Shown here: piece after piece, positions 1 to 8,582 of the stretch
How the letters are laid out: the number at the start of each line of letters is the position of its first letter
Numbering within the stretch: the first letter of the stretch is position 1
Origin: a virus
IMG/VR virus record: IMGVR_UViG_3300010412_000005
Location: 1-64,000 of that record
Direction: 5' to 3' (one strand)
DNA: 64,000 bases
Program-made: the position numbers and the translations under genes
Notes under the pieces: generated by a model
Databases searched by the model: none
Seen by the model: only the letters and a program-made list of their open reading frames with translations
What the model was told of the DNA's origin: nothing

Positions 1-162
1 TCAGAGGCTTGCCAAGGTTTTACAAGCGCCAGGGAATGCGATACCCCAGTTGTGAACGGTTCAGCGATTGCCAAGATGATCAGACGGCAGGCAAAGCCCA
101 CTGCAGCAACCAATCGCAGTGTGAGAGTAACCATCTGCACCCACGTCGCCTAGCCCAAATCC

Positions 163-318
163 TCAGCTTTTCTTTTTAGGCCAACAGACGGTGCGCCCAC
201 CTTGGGGACCTTTCTTACGAGTGACAGCGCACGTAAGTGTTTTACCGTCTTTCTTGACCGTGCGGTAGCGAATCGCCCCGCCTTGTCGAGCCATCTTTCG
301 TTCAGCACTTTTCGGCAT
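163..318 (-). CDS. small basic phage protein (51 aa), not in ORF track
   Basis: Hand translation: MPKSAERKMARQGGAIRYRTVKKDGKTLTCAVTRKKGPQGGRTVCWPKKKS*; ATG at 318 lies 3 nt after the stop of 322..666. Confidence 0.7.
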   Translation of the reverse strand: MPKSAERKMARQGGAIRYRTVKKDGKTLTCAVTRKKGPQGGRTVCWPKKKS

Positions 319-321
319 AGG

Positions 322-666
322 TTACATGCATGGGATGCCGTCCATCGGCGGTTCAGGTTTGACCCTGACTTCAAGTCCCTTTTCGCCGTAGACGTGTTTG
401 CGGTTGTCGACGACTCCAAGCTTGATCTTCTGTTCGTGCGCACGGACAGCGTCCGCGTGACCGCCGCGAGGCTTCACGTCACCGCCAAGACAGGCAACGA
501 ACTGATCATGAGCATCGCCGTATTCACCTTCGGCGTGCATGTCTTCAACGGAACCACTCGGATCGCAGCAGCAATCTCGCTGAACAGCGTGGCGTGGCTC
601 AAGGTAGGCTTTTTCTTTCGGGTTGAGATCTTCCATAGCTTTGTCCTGTTTCCAAAAGGATCTCAC
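322..666 (-). CDS. hypothetical protein
   Basis: ATGA overlap with upstream adenylyltransferase gene; fits the minus-strand operon. Confidence 0.65.
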   Translation of the reverse strand: MRSFWKQDKAMEDLNPKEKAYLEPRHAVQRDCCCDPSGSVEDMHAEGEYGDAHDQFVACLGGDVKPRGGHADAVRAHEQKIKLGVVDNRKHVYGEKGLEVRVKPEPPMDGIPCM

Positions 667-1199
667 ATCCTCTTAATCGTGTCGATCAGGTTGCTTGTCG
701 ATTGTCCAGCAACATGGTCGATGAGTTGAACCTTGGTTCCAGCAGCCTTTGCAGCCGCAAGCTCGTCCTTGTCCAGCGTGCTCATCTTGTAGTCTGCCCC
801 TTTGAACCAATACTCTGGCTGTAGAACCTGGAGAACCTCAGTCACACGCATGTTTGGCCAGATGAAAGCAAACCCAACCGACATGTGCGATGCTACAATG
901 GATCTCCTAAACTCTTCATGCACAACAGGTGTGCGATGTTTCAGCATTCGAAATGACTGGTCTCCGTTGACTGCGACAATGAGCACCATCCTCCAGGGTA
1001 AAGCCCGTTTGCAGCCTTTCAGGAACTCTGAATGCCCATAATGGAACAGTTCAAAGCACCCATTGGTGAGTCCAATACCAGTTCCTTGCCTCCTTAAACC
1101 GCTCACAAACGCCTTGGCTCGATCAAAATCGAACTTTGTCAGCTCAAAATCGTCATGCATGAACGCGTTATCCCTCCGATATTTTGCGTTGTCAATCAT
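663..1199 (-). CDS. rfaE2: cytidylyltransferase-family nucleotidyltransferase, heptose-1-phosphate adenylyltransferase (RfaE2/HldC)-like
   Basis: TNGCFELFHYGH (HIGH-type motif), VAVNGDQS, KGADY and C-terminal GQSTSNLI match the HldE adenylyltransferase domain. Confidence 0.85.
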   Translation of the reverse strand: MIDNAKYRRDNAFMHDDFELTKFDFDRAKAFVSGLRRQGTGIGLTNGCFELFHYGHSEFLKGCKRALPWRMVLIVAVNGDQSFRMLKHRTPVVHEEFRRSIVASHMSVGFAFIWPNMRVTEVLQVLQPEYWFKGADYKMSTLDKDELAAAKAAGTKVQLIDHVAGQSTSNLIDTIKRM

Positions 1200-1289
1200 G
1201 GTCTATGCGTCAAGAGTGAATCCGTGACACCCGAAACGAAATACGTTCAGGTGAGTGACAAGACTCTATGGCTGCTGCAGTCGCGTAGC

Positions 1290-2354
1290 ATGGTGTTGCC
1301 TGTCTATGTCATGAAAGTTTCCATCGACGGAAACGGAGACGAGTTCTTCTGGTTCATCTGGCCTGCAATGGAGTTCAGGGAGTTTGCATACAGGTGGTTC
1401 ATTGAGGCTATGAAGGCTATCTGTGATGTGCAGGTAGGTAAATACTGGAGATGCCCTGACCCGACCAAGATCTCGGACATGCTCGAAAAAGCAGAGGGTG
1501 TCACTCCTGAGTTCTATTATCGCGATAACCAAAGTGAGGACGACAAAGCCCCAACAAGGGTCACTATCTCTGGTGAAACCGTCGAAATCACACCTGGAAT
1601 CCAGGAGGAATTCATTGATGCGCTGGTCGAGAGGACAGCTCTGACGTCTAAACCGACGATGAAGGTGATCCTCAACGCACTTAACCAAGTGATTCTCGAA
1701 TGGTTGATCGTCAAACGAAAGCCAGTGAACATAGGATTTGCGACAATCGTCCCATTGCCATACCGAGAGAACTGGAAGGCTGCTTTGCTGCGGTTTTTCC
1801 CAAAGGCAGCCAACATATTCAGTCGTAAGGAGGGAGAGATTGAGTCATACGCAGAGGAAGTTGGGTTGATGTCTGCGTTTCTGTCCAAAGAACTTCTGTC
1901 AATCGACAAAGAGCGGAATACATGCGAGTGGAAGCTTGAGATCCACCCGAACAAACTGTTCACTGAGACGTCAAAACAGGCAGAAAACACGAAGATTGGG
2001 CAGTTAAGCGGTGCGAAATACAGCGACAGCATTGCCTATGAAATCGCCAAATCCAGAAAAGTCATCCTCACTCTTTTCCGCTACTACGTGGAAAGGTCGA
2101 TGCGGCCTTTTGCCTCTTTTTCTAAAGTGGCTAATCGTGACGGTAAGGTCTTACTACCATGCACATGGGGTGGTCAGAGCAACCAAAAACGCTTGGAGAG
2201 CGCCCATTCTGATCTTGTCCTCACTGGCACCGTGGACTGGAAAAAACCAAGCATCAAATCGCTTGTTGCGGAAACGGTTAGAGACATGCCAGACGTGTCC
2301 GATGCTCGACAGCAATCTGCTGAGCTGCGGATCGCCAGGGAGGATGATCGGTAA
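1290..2354 (+). CDS. protein with internal HU/IHF-like DNA-binding domain
   Basis: EEFIDALVERTALTSKPTMKVILNALNQVILEWLIVKRKPVNIGFATIVPLPYR resembles HU helices 1-2 and the GFGTF strand; ATG 1290 chosen to avoid overlap with the divergent gene. Confidence 0.65.
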   Translation: MVLPVYVMKVSIDGNGDEFFWFIWPAMEFREFAYRWFIEAMKAICDVQVGKYWRCPDPTKISDMLEKAEGVTPEFYYRDNQSEDDKAPTRVTISGETVEITPGIQEEFIDALVERTALTSKPTMKVILNALNQVILEWLIVKRKPVNIGFATIVPLPYRENWKAALLRFFPKAANIFSRKEGEIESYAEEVGLMSAFLSKELLSIDKERNTCEWKLEIHPNKLFTETSKQAENTKIGQLSGAKYSDSIAYEIAKSRKVILTLFRYYVERSMRPFASFSKVANRDGKVLLPCTWGGQSNQKRLESAHSDLVLTGTVDWKKPSIKSLVAETVRDMPDVSDARQQSAELRIAREDDR

Positions 2355-2517
2355 CACTGGAGATACTTTTGGTTGTTGGTGTTTCATGCCATTCGCGGCA
2401 CGCTACAAGTGGAAGAACTGCTGGTTGTGGGAAGAAAACATCACACTGTATAACGCATGGAAGGAAGAACTTAATGGAGACAGCGAAGAGTTTCTCGGAG
2501 CCGCCGAAAGACGATGA
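2038..2517 (+). CDS. Cys-rich putative zinc-binding protein, overlapping previous gene (start uncertain)
   Basis: RLETCQTCP...CGS...GCWCFMPFAARYKWKNCW pattern typical of small phage Cys-cluster proteins. Confidence 0.55.
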   Translation: MKSPNPEKSSSLFSATTWKGRCGLLPLFLKWLIVTVRSYYHAHGVVRATKNAWRAPILILSSLAPWTGKNQASNRLLRKRLETCQTCPMLDSNLLSCGSPGRMIGNTGDTFGCWCFMPFAARYKWKNCWLWEENITLYNAWKEELNGDSEEFLGAAERR

Positions 2518-3010
2518 CATCCTCAGCCCACCGAGCGAGCCGCCAAAGATGGAGGAGATAAACCTCCCTGTCCTAGCCGGTCAGGCACCAGCAAAACTCA
2601 CAAAGGACGAAGCGCTTGTAGCCGCTCAGGAATGCGGCCTTGGTCAGCTTGAGGTTGGGAAATGGGGAAACTATGCGGTTGTAGGGCAGTATTTACAGGA
2701 GCTTGGTGCAATCAAAGTTGCCGCTGGGAAGTTCGCATTCAACAACAAGCAGCGATATGACGTGATGCGAATATGTCGCCGCGCAATGAGGATGACGAAG
2801 GACCCTGAGATGATCGCCAAACTGGCTGAGCAGATCAATAAACTCCTGGATTCCAGCGATTCAACGCTCAAGGAGCTTCTCAAATTCGTGCACACAGGCA
2901 AGATCCAAGAGCCTCAAGATCAACCAAGATTGCAGCTGCCGCCAAGAGGAACTCCAATAGTCGCAGTCCAAGTCAACAACAAGGTAGGCGGAAGAGATGA
3001 CGAAGAGTAG
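2474..3010 (+). CDS. hypothetical helical protein, candidate terminase small subunit
   Basis: AAGGA upstream of ATG 2474; helical core and C-terminal AVQVNN strand often seen in TerS; function is a guess. Confidence 0.5.
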   Translation: METAKSFSEPPKDDDILSPPSEPPKMEEINLPVLAGQAPAKLTKDEALVAAQECGLGQLEVGKWGNYAVVGQYLQELGAIKVAAGKFAFNNKQRYDVMRICRRAMRMTKDPEMIAKLAEQINKLLDSSDSTLKELLKFVHTGKIQEPQDQPRLQLPPRGTPIVAVQVNNKVGGRDDEE

Positions 3011-3019
3011 ACTTCGTGT

Positions 3020-3316
3020 ATGAGTTTTTACACGCCTAACGTCACACACCCGCAGATCACCCGCCGCTGGTCTGGCCAAGCGACGGCAGGTGCTGCAGCT
3101 GCTCCGCTTTCAACGTCCAAGAAATACTGCGCCAATGGAGTATGGGTGAAGAATGAGGACTCCACTGAGAACGTCATTGTCTTGGCACCAAGCGAAACAG
3201 CTGGGTTTCTGTTGTCAGCCAACACATCCAGATTTTTCCCAGACGACGACGTCAGTAAGATCTTCATCCAAAGAGCAGGATCAGCAGATGTCACTGTAAG
3301 CTACTGGGGTGGATAG
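3020..3316 (+). CDS. small beta-rich putative virion protein
   Basis: tight operon spacing; alternating beta pattern (VWVKN...GFLL...KIFIQ...VTVSYW). Confidence 0.65.
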   Translation: MSFYTPNVTHPQITRRWSGQATAGAAAAPLSTSKKYCANGVWVKNEDSTENVIVLAPSETAGFLLSANTSRFFPDDDVSKIFIQRAGSADVTVSYWGG

Positions 3317-3318
3317 TT

Positions 3319-3825
3319 ATGAGCAGATTACGGCACAGACGCAGATGGGTGCCGCTGTTGGTTGCTGAAGATGCCTCAGCTGGCGACCCTGGTGATAACG
3401 ACAACGATCCTGGGGTGACTCCTGAGCCGCCTTACGAGCCGCCTCCAGTTCTTGGTCCTCCAGATGATCCAGGTGTGTTGGGTCCAGGTGTCATTGATGA
3501 GTGGGAGCAGTATGCTGACGAAGATCCAATCAATGGGAAGCGACTTGGCTGGTCCTTGGACGATCCGACAATGCAGTGGCTCACTGCATGGGGAGCAAGG
3601 ACAATCAGGCCAGATGTGCTTGGATTTGATGACTTCGAGTCCTACACAGCAGATGTCAATGTGAATGGCCTTTCTGGTGGAGAAGCTTGGGGTGGAGCTT
3701 TCATCGCGAGAAGAGTTCGAGTTCCGCGATCAAACGGATGGACAGATTTCTCAGATGCAACCACAAGCTCTGACATCAATGGTCAGACCAGCGGAGACTG
3801 GAGTGGTGCTTTCATTGCGAGGTAA
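3319..3825 (+). CDS. Pro/Asp-linker protein with three D-[FW]-E-x-Y...NG...W..A..[AI]R repeats
   Basis: repeats IDEWEQYADEDPING..WLTAWGAR, FDDFESYTADVNVNGLSGGEAWGGAFIAR, WTDFSDATTSSDINGQTSGDWSGAFIAR. Confidence 0.75.
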   Translation: MSRLRHRRRWVPLLVAEDASAGDPGDNDNDPGVTPEPPYEPPPVLGPPDDPGVLGPGVIDEWEQYADEDPINGKRLGWSLDDPTMQWLTAWGARTIRPDVLGFDDFESYTADVNVNGLSGGEAWGGAFIARRVRVPRSNGWTDFSDATTSSDINGQTSGDWSGAFIAR

Positions 3826-3827
3826 CA

Positions 3828-4595
3828 ATGGCAAAAGGTGCTAAAATCAAACTACTGACTAAGGGTGTTGAGACTAGACTTCATGGTGCTATATCTGGTT
3901 CTCAAATCTTACGCAGCATCGGAAGCTCATGGAATGAGATCAGAATAGGAATCTGCGGAAGTCTTGTTGGAGATATAGGAATTGCTCCTCCATACGGCAC
4001 AAGGATATGGCTTGGTGTGTGTTCTGGTAACACGAACGCCATTGGAGATACGACTGTAGGACATGCAGTCGGATGGGGTGCCATAGATCCTGCGTTAACA
4101 CCTACACGGTGGGCAACAAATAGGTGGTCAAGAGCAAATTCAGCAGGTGCATCAACTGGATGTTACTACGTCTATACGTCTGGTATATTCGCTTACGGAG
4201 CGAAGTTCATTGGGAGCAATTTATCGCCAGTTGCTGTCACTGGAACTCTTGGTGGAATCTACCTTTTCGGTGATATCAACGATTCGTCATTCGCAAACTA
4301 CATCAGATGCTGCTTGTGGGTTAACATCCAAAAGGGCTCTCCGAACTTTACGTTTACTGAATATGGATATCCACAAATATCAGCTGGGCCGTCAGCTCTA
4401 GTAACAAGAGACCAATTTATTGTTCAGATGACAGCCGCTGCTCCAAGCTTCACAGGGCATACACGTATAGCGACAACACGGACTCTCGCTGTTGATGAAG
4501 GAGCAGATGGAACACTTGATCATGTAAATATCATGTGGTCATGCGAAAAGCCTGCCCTTTACATTGATGCTCTTGTAGTTGCTCAAATCTCATAG
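3828..4595 (+). CDS. beta-sandwich (lectin-like) putative receptor-binding protein, paralog 1
   Basis: shares W..IRIG, LG.CSGNTN..GD.T..HAVG, SPN[FW], TLAVDE..DGTLDH with the next two genes. Confidence 0.75.
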   Translation: MAKGAKIKLLTKGVETRLHGAISGSQILRSIGSSWNEIRIGICGSLVGDIGIAPPYGTRIWLGVCSGNTNAIGDTTVGHAVGWGAIDPALTPTRWATNRWSRANSAGASTGCYYVYTSGIFAYGAKFIGSNLSPVAVTGTLGGIYLFGDINDSSFANYIRCCLWVNIQKGSPNFTFTEYGYPQISAGPSALVTRDQFIVQMTAAAPSFTGHTRIATTRTLAVDEGADGTLDHVNIMWSCEKPALYIDALVVAQIS

Positions 4596-4598
4596 GTC

Positions 4599-5384
4599 AT
4601 GGATTACCAAGAAGGCAAAATAAGAAGCGTCACAGTTGGTGCTGTGACCAGAAAGCACGCCCACGTTCGCAACTTCCAGCTGATCAGGAAGCTGTCAACC
4701 GACGATTGGAACATCATCAGAATCGGTGTTGCATTCCACATGCAGAACGACACTGAGAGATACCCTCTCATGGGACTTCGATTTTTTCTTGGCCTGTGCT
4801 CTGGAAACACCAACTGCATGGGCGATGCGACTGTAACCCATGCCGTCGGAGCAGGCACGCTGGCGCAGTCTCATGGAGGATACGAAGATTTCAGGATGCA
4901 GAGGATCGTTGGGACCGCAAACACGTTCGACCTGTATATGAACGGAGAGTCAACCGGCGCGATGGTGTTCAAGGGCGATCCATACAATGCGGCAGTTCTG
5001 GCTTCTGGAACTCTGACCGCAACAATCGGTCTTGTTGGAACCCAGGATGGTCGAACTGGGACTCCATATGCCAACTACTTCAGGTGTTTCTTCGTCATTG
5101 AAATGGAAAGAGGATCTCCAAACTGGAACATCAGGGCAGGGTCTTATGCTCTAAACACGTCTCCAGCTCAGTATGCTGTGAACACTGCTGACGTGTTCAA
5201 AGAGCAGATGCTTGCACCAGACACAGGGGCAATATGGGCAGCTCACGCTCCAACAAGCTGGACTACCAGGACGCTTGCTGTAGATGAGGCTGGAGACGGA
5301 ACGCTCGATCACTTGAACTTGGTCTACGATGCTGAATTTCCGTCGATGTATGTTGACCAACTAATGGCAGTAAGGATGGCGTGA
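4599..5384 (+). CDS. beta-sandwich (lectin-like) putative receptor-binding protein, paralog 2
   Basis: WNIIRIG, FFLGLCSGNTNCMGDATVTHAVG, GSPNW, TLAVDEAGDGTLDH, MYVDQLMA. Confidence 0.75.
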   Translation: MDYQEGKIRSVTVGAVTRKHAHVRNFQLIRKLSTDDWNIIRIGVAFHMQNDTERYPLMGLRFFLGLCSGNTNCMGDATVTHAVGAGTLAQSHGGYEDFRMQRIVGTANTFDLYMNGESTGAMVFKGDPYNAAVLASGTLTATIGLVGTQDGRTGTPYANYFRCFFVIEMERGSPNWNIRAGSYALNTSPAQYAVNTADVFKEQMLAPDTGAIWAAHAPTSWTTRTLAVDEAGDGTLDHLNLVYDAEFPSMYVDQLMAVRMA

Positions 5385-5385
5385 T

Positions 5386-6129
5386 ATGTCAGCAAACGTA
5401 AATGATATAACGATCAACTCGATCACCGAAAGGTTGGTCGAGTTAAGCGCTGGTCAGATCTTCGTTCCGCTGAATACAAACACGTGGGACAGACTCAGGG
5501 TAGCTGCTCGTATTTCGATGTGGAATGATCCTGGTGCTGCAGCTTCAACAGGAAGGTTTTTCCTTGGATTGTCCAACGGAAATGCTGCTGGCATGGGTGA
5601 CGCAACTCCAGGACACTGCATAGGGTGGGGCAACTTTGACGTTACTGGCGCGTGGATGGCTATGTCTTCGCGAACTGTATCTGGGACGAGGGTCACATAC
5701 GCTACCTCTGCATTTGCATATCCATGTAAGTTTGTATCTGGAACACCGACTGTAGCCTCTAGCTTTCTTCATTATACAAGGCTCAACGGTAACCTTGCAG
5801 CTCCTACATCTTGGAATCAGTCTTTTGTGACTGTTGAATTCACAAGAGCATCTCCAAACTGGGGTATATCTGGTTGTTGGAACACGAGTGTTTGCGAAAA
5901 CGGAACATCGTATGATGCCAGAATCTTAGCTCAGAACAATATCAGGGGTGTTGCATCATCAAACACAGACTCATTCGCAACATGGGCTGACTACAACAAT
6001 GAGCCACAGGTTACCGTTGCCGTAGATGAAGGAACTGATGGTGTATTGAATCATCTACATCTTTACTGGAATCTATCGAGTCCATACATGAGAGTTCTAG
6101 ATCTCATGGCCTTCGAGATTGCGCCTTGA
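5386..6129 (+). CDS. beta-sandwich (lectin-like) putative receptor-binding protein, paralog 3
   Basis: WDRLRVA, FFLGLSNGNAAGMGDATPGHCIGWG, ASPNW, TVAVDEGTDGVLNH. Confidence 0.75.
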   Translation: MSANVNDITINSITERLVELSAGQIFVPLNTNTWDRLRVAARISMWNDPGAAASTGRFFLGLSNGNAAGMGDATPGHCIGWGNFDVTGAWMAMSSRTVSGTRVTYATSAFAYPCKFVSGTPTVASSFLHYTRLNGNLAAPTSWNQSFVTVEFTRASPNWGISGCWNTSVCENGTSYDARILAQNNIRGVASSNTDSFATWADYNNEPQVTVAVDEGTDGVLNHLHLYWNLSSPYMRVLDLMAFEIAP

Positions 6130-6136
6130 ACAAAAA

Positions 6137-6667
6137 ATGGCACCCGAACAACATAGCGTTGCCGCCTCAAATGACGACAAACGAGAGATCTTTGCCCAAC
6201 TTCATGAGCACTCCGTCGCAATCGCAAGCTTACAGAGCGGTGTTGAAGGGCTCGCAAGCAGCACGGAAAGCGGCTTCCGAAACATCCAAACTCAGATTGA
6301 GAATCTCACGAATTCGATCAGAGCGCAGCGACCACAATTCGGAGTCATCTCATCAATCCTCATTGCAGCTGCGGCACTCATTGTCTCCTTGGCAGGTTTC
6401 GCTCTCAAAAGCGCGGTGCTTCCTGTCCAGCATGATATCGTCTCGAACAAAGAGCTGAACCAAGTTGTCCATGATACTCAAGACTCAAGGATAAAGATTC
6501 TGGAAGATGCCTATCATGCGATGCTTCGTGAACATGGATCAATGGAGTCGAAGATTGCAGAGAATGCAAAGATCATTGATGAGTTTAACAGGCTGATGCT
6601 TCAGAACTATGTCAGCGGCAGCGTTGGAGCTGCAGCAAGCAAACACCAACACACAACAACTGAATGA
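6137..6667 (+). CDS. single-pass membrane protein with coiled coils (lysis-type?)
   Basis: hydrophobic FGVISSILIAAAALIVSLAGFAL flanked by heptad-rich segments. Confidence 0.65.
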   Translation: MAPEQHSVAASNDDKREIFAQLHEHSVAIASLQSGVEGLASSTESGFRNIQTQIENLTNSIRAQRPQFGVISSILIAAAALIVSLAGFALKSAVLPVQHDIVSNKELNQVVHDTQDSRIKILEDAYHAMLREHGSMESKIAENAKIIDEFNRLMLQNYVSGSVGAAASKHQHTTTE

Positions 6668-7137
6668 AGAAATACCTAACAATGATCGGGCTGGCGGCTA
6701 CGCTGGCGTTATTCACCGGCTGCACCACCACTGACCCGGTTACAGGGGAGCGAGTATTCGATCCTGTGAAGACGGATCTGCTCGTAAGCAGCTTGGAAGA
6801 TGGCTTGACCGAAGTGGTCTACTGGACCGCTAAGGCAGATGAGAACACGGCATCTGCGTATCGAATTGCGCATAGCGTTCTGAACACGCTTGTTGTCGAG
6901 GGAGAGACAGTGAACCGAGAGCTGATCAAACAGAGGCTGTCTACTGTGGCAATCGCTGGAATGTCACCTGAAGACTCGAAGGTGTTGATTACTCGGATTA
7001 CGGATATTGTTCTTGGCAAGTGGGACATCATCGCCAATTCGTATATGCGTGTTGGAATTGGCGAGTCACAGGCGGCTAGTATTGCGCTCAACACCTGTAG
7101 AAACGCCATCTTTCGTGGCTTGTTGATGCTCAACTGA
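6664..7137 (+). CDS. predicted lipoprotein
   Basis: MKK + hydrophobic stretch + lipobox LFTG-C. Confidence 0.75.
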   Translation: MKKYLTMIGLAATLALFTGCTTTDPVTGERVFDPVKTDLLVSSLEDGLTEVVYWTAKADENTASAYRIAHSVLNTLVVEGETVNRELIKQRLSTVAIAGMSPEDSKVLITRITDIVLGKWDIIANSYMRVGIGESQAASIALNTCRNAIFRGLLMLN

Positions 7138-7640
7138 TGAAACTTTGGCTGACCATAGCAACAGCCAGCATTGTCCTTCTGGGTGTGAGCTGCACCCAGT
7201 TGGACAATGCATTGCTTGAGCAGCAGGTTAAGGAAGAGATCACCGTCCAAACAAATCTTGTAACCCAGCTTCTTCCCAATGGCCTGCTGTTCACCAATGT
7301 GTTCGTCATGGTGTCGACCAACTACTACACCAACTACGTGACGAACCCAAATGCAGAGGCTGTGGTGAAAGCTACAGACATGATTCCAGTCTACGGAGGG
7401 CTGATCTCTGCAATCGGAACAACCTTGCTTGGGTTGTATCGAGCTGTTAGAAACAAGAAAATTGCAGAAGCGACAGTTATTGCTGTTGATGCTGGACGAA
7501 GAGCTGTTCGTGCTTACGAAAATGGTGGAGCTAAAGTCGATGGGATTTTCAAAGATGCAATGGTGAGGGAGCAACAGGCTCTTGGAATGCAGCCAGACAT
7601 CACCGAAATAGTCAGAAGAAAAACCCAAAAAACGACATGA
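7137..7640 (+). CDS. predicted lipoprotein with internal hydrophobic helix
   Basis: lipobox LGVS-C; YGGLISAIGTTLLGLY helix; TN-rich segment. Confidence 0.7.
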   Translation: MKLWLTIATASIVLLGVSCTQLDNALLEQQVKEEITVQTNLVTQLLPNGLLFTNVFVMVSTNYYTNYVTNPNAEAVVKATDMIPVYGGLISAIGTTLLGLYRAVRNKKIAEATVIAVDAGRRAVRAYENGGAKVDGIFKDAMVREQQALGMQPDITEIVRRKTQKTT

Positions 7641-8500
7641 CTGTAAGAGAATGGCTTAGAAGAATAAGGAGACGACCAATGCCTATCCAATACCCAGAAC
7701 TGAACATCGAGTTCAACGCCAGCAAGATGACGTTTGGACTGCGATCACAACACTATCAGCTTCTTACGCTGAGCAACGGACAGGACTATGATCCGTCAGT
7801 TGCTACCCCAGTCTTGTATCTGCCAAAGCCGATCCAGGGGTGTCCAATTATCATCCGTAACGTGGATGGATCTGTGCAGCAGAACTGGTGGATTGACGTC
7901 AAGAGGTATGACCGCAAAGACATCAATGGCAGCTATGACTACATGCGGTTCTTCACGCCTTACGGATATATCCAGCTTTGGCCTCATGGAGATGACTGGA
8001 TTCAGCAGGGCGTAATTGCCCAGCAAAACTCTTCAGGTCAGAGCATTGGCTATCAGTTTGTCCTTGGCAAAAGTGTTGCACAGTCCATACCAGCAGATAC
8101 ATGGACTGATGTCGCGTGGAACACTGCCAAAAGCGGACCAACTGGGGTTGCTGCAACATCTGTTCTGAATCCTGAATGGGACGCAGCAACTGGACTCCTT
8201 GATCCGACAGCAAACCTTGGAATTCCTGGAACAAGTATGTTCAGGATCTACGGCACGTTCACTTGGGCAAATCCTGGCGCTCCTGACGTTGTCTTAGAGA
8301 CCAGAGCAGTGAGTTCAAGTGGAACCATCGAATATGGTGGGTGGTCTATGGTGTCGGATGGAACAAATGCACCAGAAAATGACAAGCGAGACACGTTTCC
8401 TGCCGATGTTCGACATAAATGGCAGGTGAAACACAATCACAGCGGTGCATTGAATCTTGCATCAGCATCCATGTTTTACTGGAGTCTGAACGGTTGGTAA
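7637..8500 (+). CDS. tail fibre/spike-like protein with C-terminal C1q-like beta domain
   Basis: LYLP...G..IIIRN.DG...ING...YG.IQL...GDDW fibre module followed by QSIPADTWTDVAWNT; start may be 7679. Confidence 0.55.
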   Translation: MTVREWLRRIRRRPMPIQYPELNIEFNASKMTFGLRSQHYQLLTLSNGQDYDPSVATPVLYLPKPIQGCPIIIRNVDGSVQQNWWIDVKRYDRKDINGSYDYMRFFTPYGYIQLWPHGDDWIQQGVIAQQNSSGQSIGYQFVLGKSVAQSIPADTWTDVAWNTAKSGPTGVAATSVLNPEWDAATGLLDPTANLGIPGTSMFRIYGTFTWANPGAPDVVLETRAVSSSGTIEYGGWSMVSDGTNAPENDKRDTFPADVRHKWQVKHNHSGALNLASASMFYWSLNGW

Positions 8501-8503
8501 TCT

Positions 8504-8582
8504 GCGCTCTCTCATGTTGAGGCTGTTTTCGCGAGCATTGGCGTGAGAACAGTGCAACATCAGAGTCTGATGTTGGGAGCGC
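8504..8582 (+). ncRNA. putative structured RNA (four-way junction) filling a convergent intergenic gap
   Basis: hand-derived stems 8504-8510/8576-8582, 8511-8514/8518-8521, 8523-8533/8542-8552, 8555-8563/8567-8575; G-U pairs work only on +. Confidence 0.5.

Noticed and set aside
150-729. ORF-track calls 150..443 (-) and 202..729 (+)
   Set aside because: Better explained by the coupled minus-strand genes 663..1199, 322..666 and the hand-found 163..318.
3828-6129. Diversity-generating retroelement or shufflon acting on the three paralogs
   Set aside because: No reverse transcriptase seen; shared blocks differ at many synonymous positions of all bases, not adenine-specifically; all copies co-oriented with no recombination repeats noticed.
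8504-8582. tRNA gene (7-bp closing stem, cloverleaf-like)
   Set aside because: No TTCRA T-loop, no D-loop GG, arm lengths wrong, no 7-nt anticodon loop; kept only as an unknown structured RNA.
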